From NCBI GenBank assembly GCA_028292925.1, contig JAQGLK010000001.1:4557-68556 (forward strand): a stretch of 64,000 nt of DNA, in the 5' to 3' direction. Source of the stretch: Sphingomonas bacterium. Its GTDB lineage: Bacteria > Pseudomonadota > Alphaproteobacteria > Sphingomonadales > Sphingomonadaceae. The notes beneath the pieces were generated by a model that searched no databases, was not told the DNA's origin, and was given only the letters and a program-made list of their open reading frames with translations. This document shows positions 24,800 through 32,356 of this stretch, piece by piece; within the stretch, counting starts at the first letter, position 1, and every line of letters starts with the position of its first letter. Position numbers and translations under genes: made by a program.

Positions 24800-26082
24800 A
24801 GATCTTTGGCCAGCCGGATGCCGGTGAACTGCCAGCGTTGGTGGGGGTAGAAGAAATTGCGGTACGATGCCCGCACGTGGCCGCGCGGGGTGGCGCAGCT
24901 GCCGCCCTTCAGCACGAACTGGCCGGACATGAACTTGCCGTTATATTCCCCGACTGCCCCGGCGGCGGGGCGGAAGCCGGGATAGGGCAGGTAGGCGCTG
25001 CTGGTCCATTCCCACACGTCGCCGAACATCTGGTGCGGGGCATCGCTGCGGCTGGCCGCGCGCGGACGCACCACGAACCGGGCATCGCCTCCGGCGGCAT
25101 CGAGCTGGTTGCCGCGCATCGGGTCCATCCCGGCGGCGGCGGCCTCCCATTCCCCCTCGGTCGGCAGGCGCGCGCCGGCCCAGTGCGCATAGGCGTCCGC
25201 CTCATAATGATTGACGTGCGTCACCGGTGCGCCGGGATGAACCGGGTGGCGGCCGTCGAGATCGAAGCTGGTCCACCCGCCGCCCGCCTCGCGCCGCCAG
25301 TAGAGCGGTGCCTCCACCGCGTTCGCCTTCACCCATGCCCAGCCGTCCGCCAGCCAGTGGGCCGGCCGGGCATAGCCGCCATCGGCGATGAAGGCGGCAT
25401 ATTCGGCGTTCGTGATCGCGCGGTCGGCAATGGCGTGGGGGTGGAGCAGGGCAGGGTGGCGCGGACCTTCGCAGTCGAAAGCGAAGCCGCCGCCGTCATG
25501 GCCGATCTTTACGATTCCGGCGGCCCCCTCGATCCATCGGATCGGGCCGGGGGACGGCGCGGGAGCAGGCCGGGCGGCCGGCCAGACGGCGGGCTCCAGC
25601 GGGTTCTGCGCAAACAGGTGGAGAATGTCGGTCAGCAGCAATTCCTGATGCTGTTGTTCGTGATGCAGCCCCAGTTCGACCAGATCCCGCGCCTCGGCGG
25701 ACAGGCCGGGCAGCGCCGCGGCCACCGCATCGTCGACGTGAGCGCGCCAGTTCAGGATCTCGTCCAGCGTCGGCCGGGTCAGCAGGCCGCGGCGGGCGCG
25801 GGCGTGGCGCTGCCCCTCCGCCTCGTAATAGCTGTTGAACAGGAAGGCATAGCGGGGATCGAACGTGCGGTAGCCGGGCACGTGATCGCGCAGCAGGAAC
25901 GTCTCGAAGAACCAGGTGACGTGGGCCAGGTGCCACTTGGCGGGCGAGGCATCGTCCATCGACTGGACCGTCGCATCGGCATCCGACAAGCTAGCCGAGA
26001 GTTCGACCGTCAGCCCGCGCACGGCACGCAGGCGATCGGCCAGCGGCGCGCTCTCCTCCGGCGTCTTTACTGACGTTGCCAT
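24796..26082 (-). CDS. egtB: Ergothioneine biosynthesis protein EgtB (hercynine sulfoxide synthase; DinB-like plus FGE-sulfatase domains)
   Basis: DASPAKWHLAHVTWFFETFLL (DinB-type metal site), LGLHHEQQHQELLLTD, FGDVWEWTSSAYLPYPGF, YNGKFMSGQFVLKGGSCATPRGH. I prefer ATG 26082 (MATSVKTPEE) over the Arg-rich track extension. Confidence 0.85.
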   Translation of the reverse strand: MATSVKTPEESAPLADRLRAVRGLTVELSASLSDADATVQSMDDASPAKWHLAHVTWFFETFLLRDHVPGYRTFDPRYAFLFNSYYEAEGQRHARARRGLLTRPTLDEILNWRAHVDDAVAAALPGLSAEARDLVELGLHHEQQHQELLLTDILHLFAQNPLEPAVWPAARPAPAPSPGPIRWIEGAAGIVKIGHDGGGFAFDCEGPRHPALLHPHAIADRAITNAEYAAFIADGGYARPAHWLADGWAWVKANAVEAPLYWRREAGGGWTSFDLDGRHPVHPGAPVTHVNHYEADAYAHWAGARLPTEGEWEAAAAGMDPMRGNQLDAAGGDARFVVRPRAASRSDAPHQMFGDVWEWTSSAYLPYPGFRPAAGAVGEYNGKFMSGQFVLKGGSCATPRGHVRASYRNFFYPHQRWQFTGIRLAKDL

Positions 26083-26146
26083 TGCACTGCGCCCCCTCAA
26101 GCTGCGCTCAACCGACAGCGCCGCTTCGAGTTGCCTCCGGTCGGTG

Positions 26147-26725
26147 TCAGCCCCGTGTCGCGCCCGGCGTCCAGAGCGGATCGCCGCGCTGGCGGTTGAT
26201 CCACCGGGCGAGGACGAACAGGTGATCCGACAAGCGGTTGAGGTAGATAAGCGCCAGCGGATTGAGCGATACCTCCTGCGCCGCGGCAACCGCGTTGCGT
26301 TCCGCCCGGCGGGCGATGGCACGGGCGAGGTGGAGGTGTGCGGCCGCGGGATCGCCACCCGGCAGGATGAAGCTGGCCAGCGGTGTCAGATCGTCGTTCA
26401 TCGCATCGATCTCCCGCTCGAGCCGGGCGATCTGGGCAGGCACGATCCGCAGGCGCATCTCGGACGGCGCGAAATCATCGCCCGGGGTGGCGAGATCGGC
26501 GCCGAGATCGAACAGCTCGTTCTGGATACGGCCCAGCATCCCGCGCGCCGGTTCGTGGGCGACGCCGGTCAACGCCGCAATGGCCACGCCGATCGCCGAA
26601 TTGGCTTCGTCGACATCGCCGATCGCGACGATACGGGGGTGGTTCTTCGCGAGGCGCGAACCATCGACCAGCCCGGTATCGCCGCCGTCCCCGGTGCGGG
26701 TGTAGATCTTGTTGAGCTTGACCAG
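26147..26725 (-). CDS. ATP:cob(I)alamin adenosyltransferase, PduO/MMAB type; probable non-canonical CTG start
   Basis: The track ORF begins at GTG 26587. The conserved N-terminus VKLNKIYTRTGDGGDTGLVDGSRLAKNHPRIVAIGDVDEANSAIG is encoded in frame upstream, up to an in-frame TGA at 26732-26734. Only CCT-GCG-CTG lie between that TGA and GTC AAG. C-terminal motifs are FILPGG and LHLARAIARRAER. Confidence 0.8.
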   Translation of the reverse strand: MVKLNKIYTRTGDGGDTGLVDGSRLAKNHPRIVAIGDVDEANSAIGVAIAALTGVAHEPARGMLGRIQNELFDLGADLATPGDDFAPSEMRLRIVPAQIARLEREIDAMNDDLTPLASFILPGGDPAAAHLHLARAIARRAERNAVAAAQEVSLNPLALIYLNRLSDHLFVLARWINRQRGDPLWTPGATRG

Positions 26726-26731
26726 CGCAGG

Positions 26732-26962
26732 TCAGCCGCTGGCGCGGCCGAGCATCAGGAACAGCACGACCAGAATGACCGCCAGCGCCTGGAACTGCAC
26801 CCGCCGCCACATCATCTTGTTCTGTTTCAGCCCGGATACGCTCGGCCCGGTCCCGTGCACGTCGGCAGCCGACGTCCGCAGGAAGATCACGATACCGCGG
26901 ACGAGCGATACGAGCGCCCCGATCGCCGCGAGGATGATGAGGACGAGCAGGAAGGTTTGCAT
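26732..26962 (-). CDS. Twin transmembrane helix small protein (HIG1-domain family)
   Basis: 76 aa with two hydrophobic helices (LLVLIILAAIGALVSLV and ALAVILVVLFLML) flanking NKMMWRRVQFQ. This fits the HIG_1_N pattern common in alphaproteobacteria. Confidence 0.7.
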   Translation of the reverse strand: MQTFLLVLIILAAIGALVSLVRGIVIFLRTSAADVHGTGPSVSGLKQNKMMWRRVQFQALAVILVVLFLMLGRASG

Positions 26963-26971
26963 GCCCCCTAT

Positions 26972-27835
26972 CTAGGCAGTCGCCCAGCCAAAGCCAATGG
27001 GGAGCGCCCCGTGCCGCAGCGATTCGGCAAGCGCCGGCCCCTCCACCCCTGCCGCGCGCAACCGATCGATTCCGGCAGCGGCATCGCGCTTGGCCAGCCG
27101 CCGTCCGTCCGCGCCGGCGATCAGCCGGTGATGGTGGTAGGTCGGCGTCGGCAGGCCGAGCACCGCCTGCAGGATCCGCTGGACGTGGGTGGAGGCGAAC
27201 AGGTCCATCCCCCTGACCACCAGGGTGATGCCGGCCTCCGCATCGTCGACCACCACGGCGAGGTGATAGCTTGCCGGCCGATCGCGGCCCTTCACGATGA
27301 TGTCGCCCAGCGCGACGGGGTCGGCCGCCACCGTGCCGGCGCGTTCGTCATGCCAGGCAAGCGGACCCGTGAGGCGGATCGCCGCGGCCACGTCCAGCCG
27401 CCAGCTGTGCGGATCTGTTGCGGCGCGCGCGATCGCCGCCCGCCTCGGCAGGGCGCGGCAGGTGCCGGGATAGAGCGGCCCGTCCGCCCCGTGCGGCGCG
27501 GACAGGCTGCCGGCCACTTCGCGGGCGATGTCGGCGCGCGAGCAGAAGCACGGATAGGCCAGCCCGGCGGCGATCATCCGGTCGAGCGCGGCGGCGTAGG
27601 CGCCAAGCCGCATCGATTGCACGACGGCCGGGCCGTCCCAGCCGATCCCCAGCCAGGCCAGATCGTCGAATATCGCCCGGGCGAATTCCGGCCGGCACCG
27701 CGCCGGATCGATATCCTCGATGCGCAGCCGGAACGCGCCGGCGGCGGCACGGGCGCGATCGTGCGCCGTCACCGCCGACAGCGCATGGCCGAGGTGGAGC
27801 CGCCCGGTCGGGCTCGGCGCGAAGCGGGTGATCAT
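26972..27835 (-). CDS. gluQ: Glutamyl-Q tRNA(Asp) synthetase
   Basis: ITRFAPSPTGRLHLGHA (HIGH-type motif), RIEDID, CFCSRADI, YPGTCR, DIIVKGRDRPASYHLAVVVDD, LSKR-like RRLAKRD. About 287 aa with no anticodon-binding domain. Confidence 0.85.
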   Translation of the reverse strand: MITRFAPSPTGRLHLGHALSAVTAHDRARAAAGAFRLRIEDIDPARCRPEFARAIFDDLAWLGIGWDGPAVVQSMRLGAYAAALDRMIAAGLAYPCFCSRADIAREVAGSLSAPHGADGPLYPGTCRALPRRAAIARAATDPHSWRLDVAAAIRLTGPLAWHDERAGTVAADPVALGDIIVKGRDRPASYHLAVVVDDAEAGITLVVRGMDLFASTHVQRILQAVLGLPTPTYHHHRLIAGADGRRLAKRDAAAGIDRLRAAGVEGPALAESLRHGALPIGFGWATA

Positions 27836-28044
27836 CGCCGCCACCCTATCGCCAGTATCGCGCCGATCTTGCCGCGGCGGGCTTGACGGGCGGCCATGCA
27901 AAATGGTGTCATACCGCCGTCACGCGCCACGCTTAGGTGCGGGGCGACGGAGGCGCGGCCGCTCGGCAATCGCGTCCCGAGTGCGACGGGAAACGAGGGC
28001 AACGGCCACGCTTGCGGACGCATGCGGGAGGCTTTGCCGGTTCC

Positions 28045-28611
28045 ATGTATCATCCCGACCTCATCCGACATCCGGACAGTTGCCCGGCGCTGGTGCTGAA
28101 TGCGGATTATACCCCGCTCAGTTATTATCCGCTCAGCCTCTGGCCGTGGCAGACCGCGGTCAAGGCGGTGTTCCTCGAACGGGTCGATATCGTCGATCAT
28201 TACCAGCGCGAAGTGCGCAGCCCGCAACGATCGATGCAGCTCCCCTCCGTGATCGCGCTGCGCCAATATGTCCGCCCGTCGCAGCATCCCGCGTTCACCC
28301 GCTTCAACCTGTTCCTGCGCGATCGCTTCGTCTGCCAATATTGCGGCACCCCGGCCGAGCTGACCTTCGATCATGTCATCCCGCGCGCGCAGGGCGGGCG
28401 GACGACGTGGGAGAATGTCGCGACCGCCTGTGCGCCGTGCAACCTGCGGAAAGGCGGGCGGACGCCGCGGCAGGCGGGGATGGCGCTGGCCGTCACGCCG
28501 ATCCGCCCGACCACCTGGCAGTTGCAGGAACATGGCCGCAGCTTTCCGCCCAACTACCTGCACCAGAGCTGGCGCGACTGGCTGTACTGGGATGTCGAGC
28601 TGGACGCCTGA
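28045..28611 (+). CDS. HNH endonuclease family protein (188 aa)
   Basis: CQYCGTPAELTFDHVIPRAQGGRTTWENVATACAPCNLRKG is the HNH/CCHH motif. The N-terminal domain is ALVLNADYTPLSYYPLSLWPWQTAVKAVFLERV. ATG 28045. Confidence 0.8.
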   Translation: MYHPDLIRHPDSCPALVLNADYTPLSYYPLSLWPWQTAVKAVFLERVDIVDHYQREVRSPQRSMQLPSVIALRQYVRPSQHPAFTRFNLFLRDRFVCQYCGTPAELTFDHVIPRAQGGRTTWENVATACAPCNLRKGGRTPRQAGMALAVTPIRPTTWQLQEHGRSFPPNYLHQSWRDWLYWDVELDA

Positions 28612-28638
28612 CGGCACGGTGGCAACCTGCGCGCAGCG

Positions 28639-28663
28639 GGAACGAACGTTCCGGAAGCAGGTT
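28639..28663 (+). promoter_or_regulatory. Candidate EcfG-type (general stress) promoter, GGAAC-N16-GGTT
   Basis: GGAAC at 28639-28643, a 16-nt spacer, then GGTT at 28660-28663. It lies 34 nt upstream of the ATG of a general-stress-protein-26-like gene. Confidence 0.3.
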
Positions 28664-28697
28664 GGATGGCCGACCAAGGCCAACGAGAGGAACAACC

Positions 28698-29180
28698 ATG
28701 CCCAGCGAAAACGAGATCGAGGCGAAGTTCTGGAAGGAACTGAAAGCCAGCCCGTTCATGATGCTCGGCCTGAACGGTTCGCAGGAAGCGCACGGCCAGC
28801 CGATGACTGCGCAGTTGGAAGGCGACAAGGGGCCGATCTGGTTCTTCGCCACCAAGACGAACACCTTGGTCGCGGCGATGCGCGAGTCGCACGATGCGAT
28901 CGCCACCTACACCTCGAAGGGGCACGATCTGTTCGCGGCGGTGCGCGGCAGGCTGTCGGTGGATACCGATCGGGCCAACCTCGATCGCTTGTGGAACAGC
29001 CACGTCGCGTCCTGGTACGAGGGCGGCAAGGACGATCCGACCCTCGCACTGCTCCGGCTGGATACGGAAAGTGCGCAATTGTGGCTCGGCGGCAGCAGCA
29101 TCGGCGCAGCGGTCCTCAGCCTGCTCGGCCGCGATCCGAAGCAGGATTACAAGGACAACATGGCCGAGGTGAAGCTGTAG
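28698..29180 (+). CDS. Pyridoxamine 5'-phosphate oxidase-like / general stress protein 26 family protein
   Basis: EAKFWKELKASPFMMLGL, PMTAQLEGDKGPIWFFATK, AAVRGRLSVDTDRANLDRLWN, WYEGGKDDPTLALLRLD, AQLW. ATG 28698 follows GAGAGGAA. Confidence 0.75.
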   Translation: MPSENEIEAKFWKELKASPFMMLGLNGSQEAHGQPMTAQLEGDKGPIWFFATKTNTLVAAMRESHDAIATYTSKGHDLFAAVRGRLSVDTDRANLDRLWNSHVASWYEGGKDDPTLALLRLDTESAQLWLGGSSIGAAVLSLLGRDPKQDYKDNMAEVKL

Positions 29181-29205
29181 GCCGCGCGCCGCTCGGGGCG
29201 CCGGC

Positions 29206-31923
29206 ATGACGATTGACCCCGATGCTGCTGCAATGCAGCATCAGGATATGGCGTCCGCATCGATCACCCAGAATCCCGACATCCGCTATCTCGGCCGCGT
29301 TCTGGGGGATGTGATCCGCGAAATGGGTGGCGAGGCGCTGTTCCGGCGCATCGAATATATACGCTCCACCTCGGTCGATCGTGCGCGGGGCATCGGCGAT
29401 GCCGCCGCGATCGATCCGGGGCTGGGTGCGCTGACGCTCGACGATACGCTGGCCTTCACCCGCGGGTTCATGCTGTTTTCGATGCTCGCCAATCTGGCCG
29501 AGGACAGACAGGGGATCGCTGCTGAGCCGGGGGCCGACATGGCGCAGGCCATCGCCCGGCTGGATGCGGAGGGGATCGGCCGCGATGCGGTGATGGCGCT
29601 GCTCGATTCCGCTTTGATCGTGCCGGTGCTGACGGCGCACCCCACCGAGGTCCGCCGCAAGAGCATCATCGACCACCGCAACAGGATTGCGGAACTGATG
29701 CTGCTGAAGGATGCCGGCCGTACCGAGACGGACGACGGCGACCTCGTCGACGCCGCGATCCACCGCCAGATCGCGCTGCTCTGGCAGACGCGTCCGCTGC
29801 GGCGGGAGCGGCTGTATGTGGCCGACGAGGTGGATACCGCCTTGGCCTATCTGCGCGACGTGTTCCTGCCGGTGCTGCCGGCGCTCTACGCCCGGTGGGA
29901 GCGCGTTCTCGGTGCCCGCCCGCCGAGCTTCCTGCGCGCGGGCAGCTGGATCGGTGGCGATCGCGACGGCAACCCCTTCGTCAACGCCGAGTCGCTGCGC
30001 CTCGCGCTCGCCCGGTCCGGGCAGGCGGTGGTCGGCTATTACCTCGATTCGCTGCACGCTTTGGGTGCGGAACTCTCGATATCGTCCGAGTTGGCGGAAA
30101 CCACGCCGGAACTCGACCGGCTGGCGGAGGCGAGTGGCGATACCAACGCCGCGCGCGCCGACGAGCCCTATCGCCGCGCGATTACCGGCATCTATGCGCG
30201 TCTCGCCGCGACCTATCAGGTGCTTGCCGGACAGCCGCCGGCGCGTGCCCCCGCGCGGATGGGCGAACCCTATCCGGACCCGGCGGCGTTCCGTGCCGAC
30301 CTGATCGAGATCGCGCATGCAATCGGTCACGGCGGCGGCGGCGGCGGGCAGGGCGGAAGCGGCGCGCTCGGCCGCCTGATCCGCGCGGTCGAGACGTTCG
30401 GATTCCACCTCGCGACGCTCGATCTGCGCCAGAATGCGGACGTGCACGAGCGGGTGGTGGCGGAGCTGCTCAAGGTTGCCGGAGTCGAGCCGGATTATCT
30501 GGGGCTGGACGAGGCCGCGCGGGTTGCGCTGCTGCGGCGCGAACTGGCGTCGGGGCGGCTGCTTTCGATTCCCTATGCCGATTATTCGGAGGAGACCGCG
30601 TCCGAACTGGCGATCGTCCGCGCCGCGGCGGAGGCACATGCCCGCTACGGCCCCGAATGCATCACCACCTACAACATTTCCAAGGCGGCGAGCGTGTCCG
30701 ACATGCTCGAGGTGCACATGATGCTGAAGGAGGCCGGGCTCTACCGTCCGGGCGATCCGCCCCGCGCCGCGATCATGGCGGTGCCGCTGTTCGAGACGAT
30801 CGGCGATCTGGAAAACGCACCGGAGGTGATGGCAGGCTGGTTCGCGCTGCCGGAGGTGGCGGCAATCGTCGCGGCGCGCGGCCATCAGGAGGTGATGGTC
30901 GGCTATTCGGATTCGAACAAGGATGGTGGCTACCTGACATCGGTGTGGAGCCTGCATCAGGCCAGCCGGGCGCTGGCCCCGGTCTTTGCCGAAGCAGGCG
31001 CGGCGATGCAGCTGTTCCACGGCCGCGGCGGCGCGGTCGGCCGGGGTGGAGGATCGTCGTTCGCCGCGATCCGCGCCCAGCCGCCGGGCACTGTTTCCGG
31101 CCGGATCCGCATCACCGAACAGGGCGAGGTGATCGCCGCCAAATACGGCACGGCGGCGAGCGCGGCGGTAAACCTGGAGGCGATGGCCTCCGCCACCCTG
31201 CTCGCCTCGATCGAACCGCCGCAGCTGAATGCGCAGGATTATGCCCGCTACGCCGCTTCGATGGAGGATATTTCGGGCGCGGCGTTCCGCGAGTATCGCG
31301 ATCTCGTCTACGGCACGGAGGGGTTCAAGACCTTCTTCCGCCAGCTGACCCCGATCGCCGAAATCGCCGATCTCAAGATCGGATCGCGCCCGGCCAGCCG
31401 CACCAAATCCGACCGGATCGAGGATCTGCGGGCGATCCCGTGGGTGTTCAGCTGGGCGCAGGCGCGGGTGATGCTGCCGGGCTGGTACGGCGTCGGCAAG
31501 GCGCTCCGCGGCTTCGGCGATCAGGCGCTGCTGGGGGAAATGGCGGAGGCGTGGCCGTTCTTCCGATCGACCCTCGCCAACCTGGAGATGGTGCTCGCCA
31601 AGTCGGACATGGCGATTGCCGGCCATTACCTCGCGCTGGTCGAGGATCAGGCGGCGGGCCGTGCGATCTTCGATCGGATCGTGGATAGCTGGAAAACCAC
31701 GCGCGACTGCCTGCTCGAGATTACCGGCCAGGCCCGGCTGCTGGAAAAGAGCCCGGCGCTGGAGCAATCGATCCGGCTGCGGCTGCCGTATATCGAGCCG
31801 CTCAACTTCCTCCAGATCGAACTCCTCAAGCGCCACCGCGCCGGCGAAACCGATCCCCGCATCCGCGAGGGCATCCAGCTATCGATCAACGCAGTGGCGA
31901 CGGCACTCCGCAACAGCGGGTGA
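29206..31923 (+). CDS. ppc: Phosphoenolpyruvate carboxylase
   Basis: VPVLTAHPTEVRRKSI, GSWIGGDRDGNP, VMVGYSDSNKDGGYL, FHGRGGAVGRGGG and LRAIPWVFSWAQ, with a C-terminal TALRNSG. All are PEPC hallmarks. Confidence 0.95.
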   Translation: MTIDPDAAAMQHQDMASASITQNPDIRYLGRVLGDVIREMGGEALFRRIEYIRSTSVDRARGIGDAAAIDPGLGALTLDDTLAFTRGFMLFSMLANLAEDRQGIAAEPGADMAQAIARLDAEGIGRDAVMALLDSALIVPVLTAHPTEVRRKSIIDHRNRIAELMLLKDAGRTETDDGDLVDAAIHRQIALLWQTRPLRRERLYVADEVDTALAYLRDVFLPVLPALYARWERVLGARPPSFLRAGSWIGGDRDGNPFVNAESLRLALARSGQAVVGYYLDSLHALGAELSISSELAETTPELDRLAEASGDTNAARADEPYRRAITGIYARLAATYQVLAGQPPARAPARMGEPYPDPAAFRADLIEIAHAIGHGGGGGGQGGSGALGRLIRAVETFGFHLATLDLRQNADVHERVVAELLKVAGVEPDYLGLDEAARVALLRRELASGRLLSIPYADYSEETASELAIVRAAAEAHARYGPECITTYNISKAASVSDMLEVHMMLKEAGLYRPGDPPRAAIMAVPLFETIGDLENAPEVMAGWFALPEVAAIVAARGHQEVMVGYSDSNKDGGYLTSVWSLHQASRALAPVFAEAGAAMQLFHGRGGAVGRGGGSSFAAIRAQPPGTVSGRIRITEQGEVIAAKYGTAASAAVNLEAMASATLLASIEPPQLNAQDYARYAASMEDISGAAFREYRDLVYGTEGFKTFFRQLTPIAEIADLKIGSRPASRTKSDRIEDLRAIPWVFSWAQARVMLPGWYGVGKALRGFGDQALLGEMAEAWPFFRSTLANLEMVLAKSDMAIAGHYLALVEDQAAGRAIFDRIVDSWKTTRDCLLEITGQARLLEKSPALEQSIRLRLPYIEPLNFLQIELLKRHRAGETDPRIREGIQLSINAVATALRNSG

Positions 31924-32133
31924 GGCGCGCGCCGGATAGTCGGCCGTCGGATGCCCGGTATTCGCGGGCTCCCGCCGCGGAGCATTCGACGCCCGGCGAA
32001 CGCCAGCCTCCATCGGACCCAGGGCAGCGCCATGCGGGGATGAATCCCGGCATTCGGAAGCGGGGGATGGGGCAAGAACAAGGAGGAGCGGCGAGGTCCA
32101 CCGGTGGATTTCGATCCCGCCGGGTCCGGCCGA

Positions 32134-32156
32134 GGCCGGCCCTGATCGGGCCGGCC
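32134..32156 (-). terminator. GC-rich hairpin downstream of tRNA-Leu (possible terminator)
   Basis: GGCCGGCCC-TGATC-GGGCCGGCC forms a 9-bp perfect stem 8 nt beyond the tRNA 3' end. No clear U-tract follows, so its function is uncertain. Confidence 0.3.
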
Positions 32157-32163
32157 AGAATGA

Positions 32164-32250
32164 TGGTGCGGTCGAGAAGACTCGAACTTCCACGGCCTTT
32201 CGGCCACAACGACCTCAACGTTGCGCGTCTACCAGTTCCGCCACGACCGC
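32164..32250 (-). tRNA. tRNA-Leu (anticodon GAG), type II with long variable arm, CCA encoded
   Basis: Reverse strand: GCGGTCGTGGCGGAACTGGTAGACGCGCAACGTTGAGGTCGTTGTGGCCGAAAGGCCGTGGAAGTTCGAGTCTTCTCGACCGCACCA. Acceptor stem is 7 bp (GCGGTCG/CGACCGC). Anticodon stem is CAACG/CGTTG with loop TTGAGGT. Variable-arm hairpin is GGCCGAAAGGCC. T-loop is TTCGAGT. Confidence 0.9.
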
Positions 32251-32356
32251 ACATCGTGAATTCCCCGGGCAAGCCGGGGAGCCGGTAGGCGGGTGCCTCT
32301 AGCAAGGCCGTTCGCCCGGCGCAATGCTCCTGTCACCACGATTGCACCGATGCTCC

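Noticed and set aside
29116-31836. A 906-aa ORF on the minus strand covering almost all of ppc.
   Set aside because: It lies antisense to a gene with unambiguous PEPC hallmark motifs. Its translation is Arg/Gly/Ala/Pro-rich low complexity with no motifs. This is a typical shadow ORF of high-GC DNA.
31924-32356. A genomic island or prophage integration at tRNA-Leu.
   Set aside because: There is no integrase, no direct repeat of the tRNA 3' end, and no phage-like genes. Both flanks are housekeeping genes (ppc, pfk).
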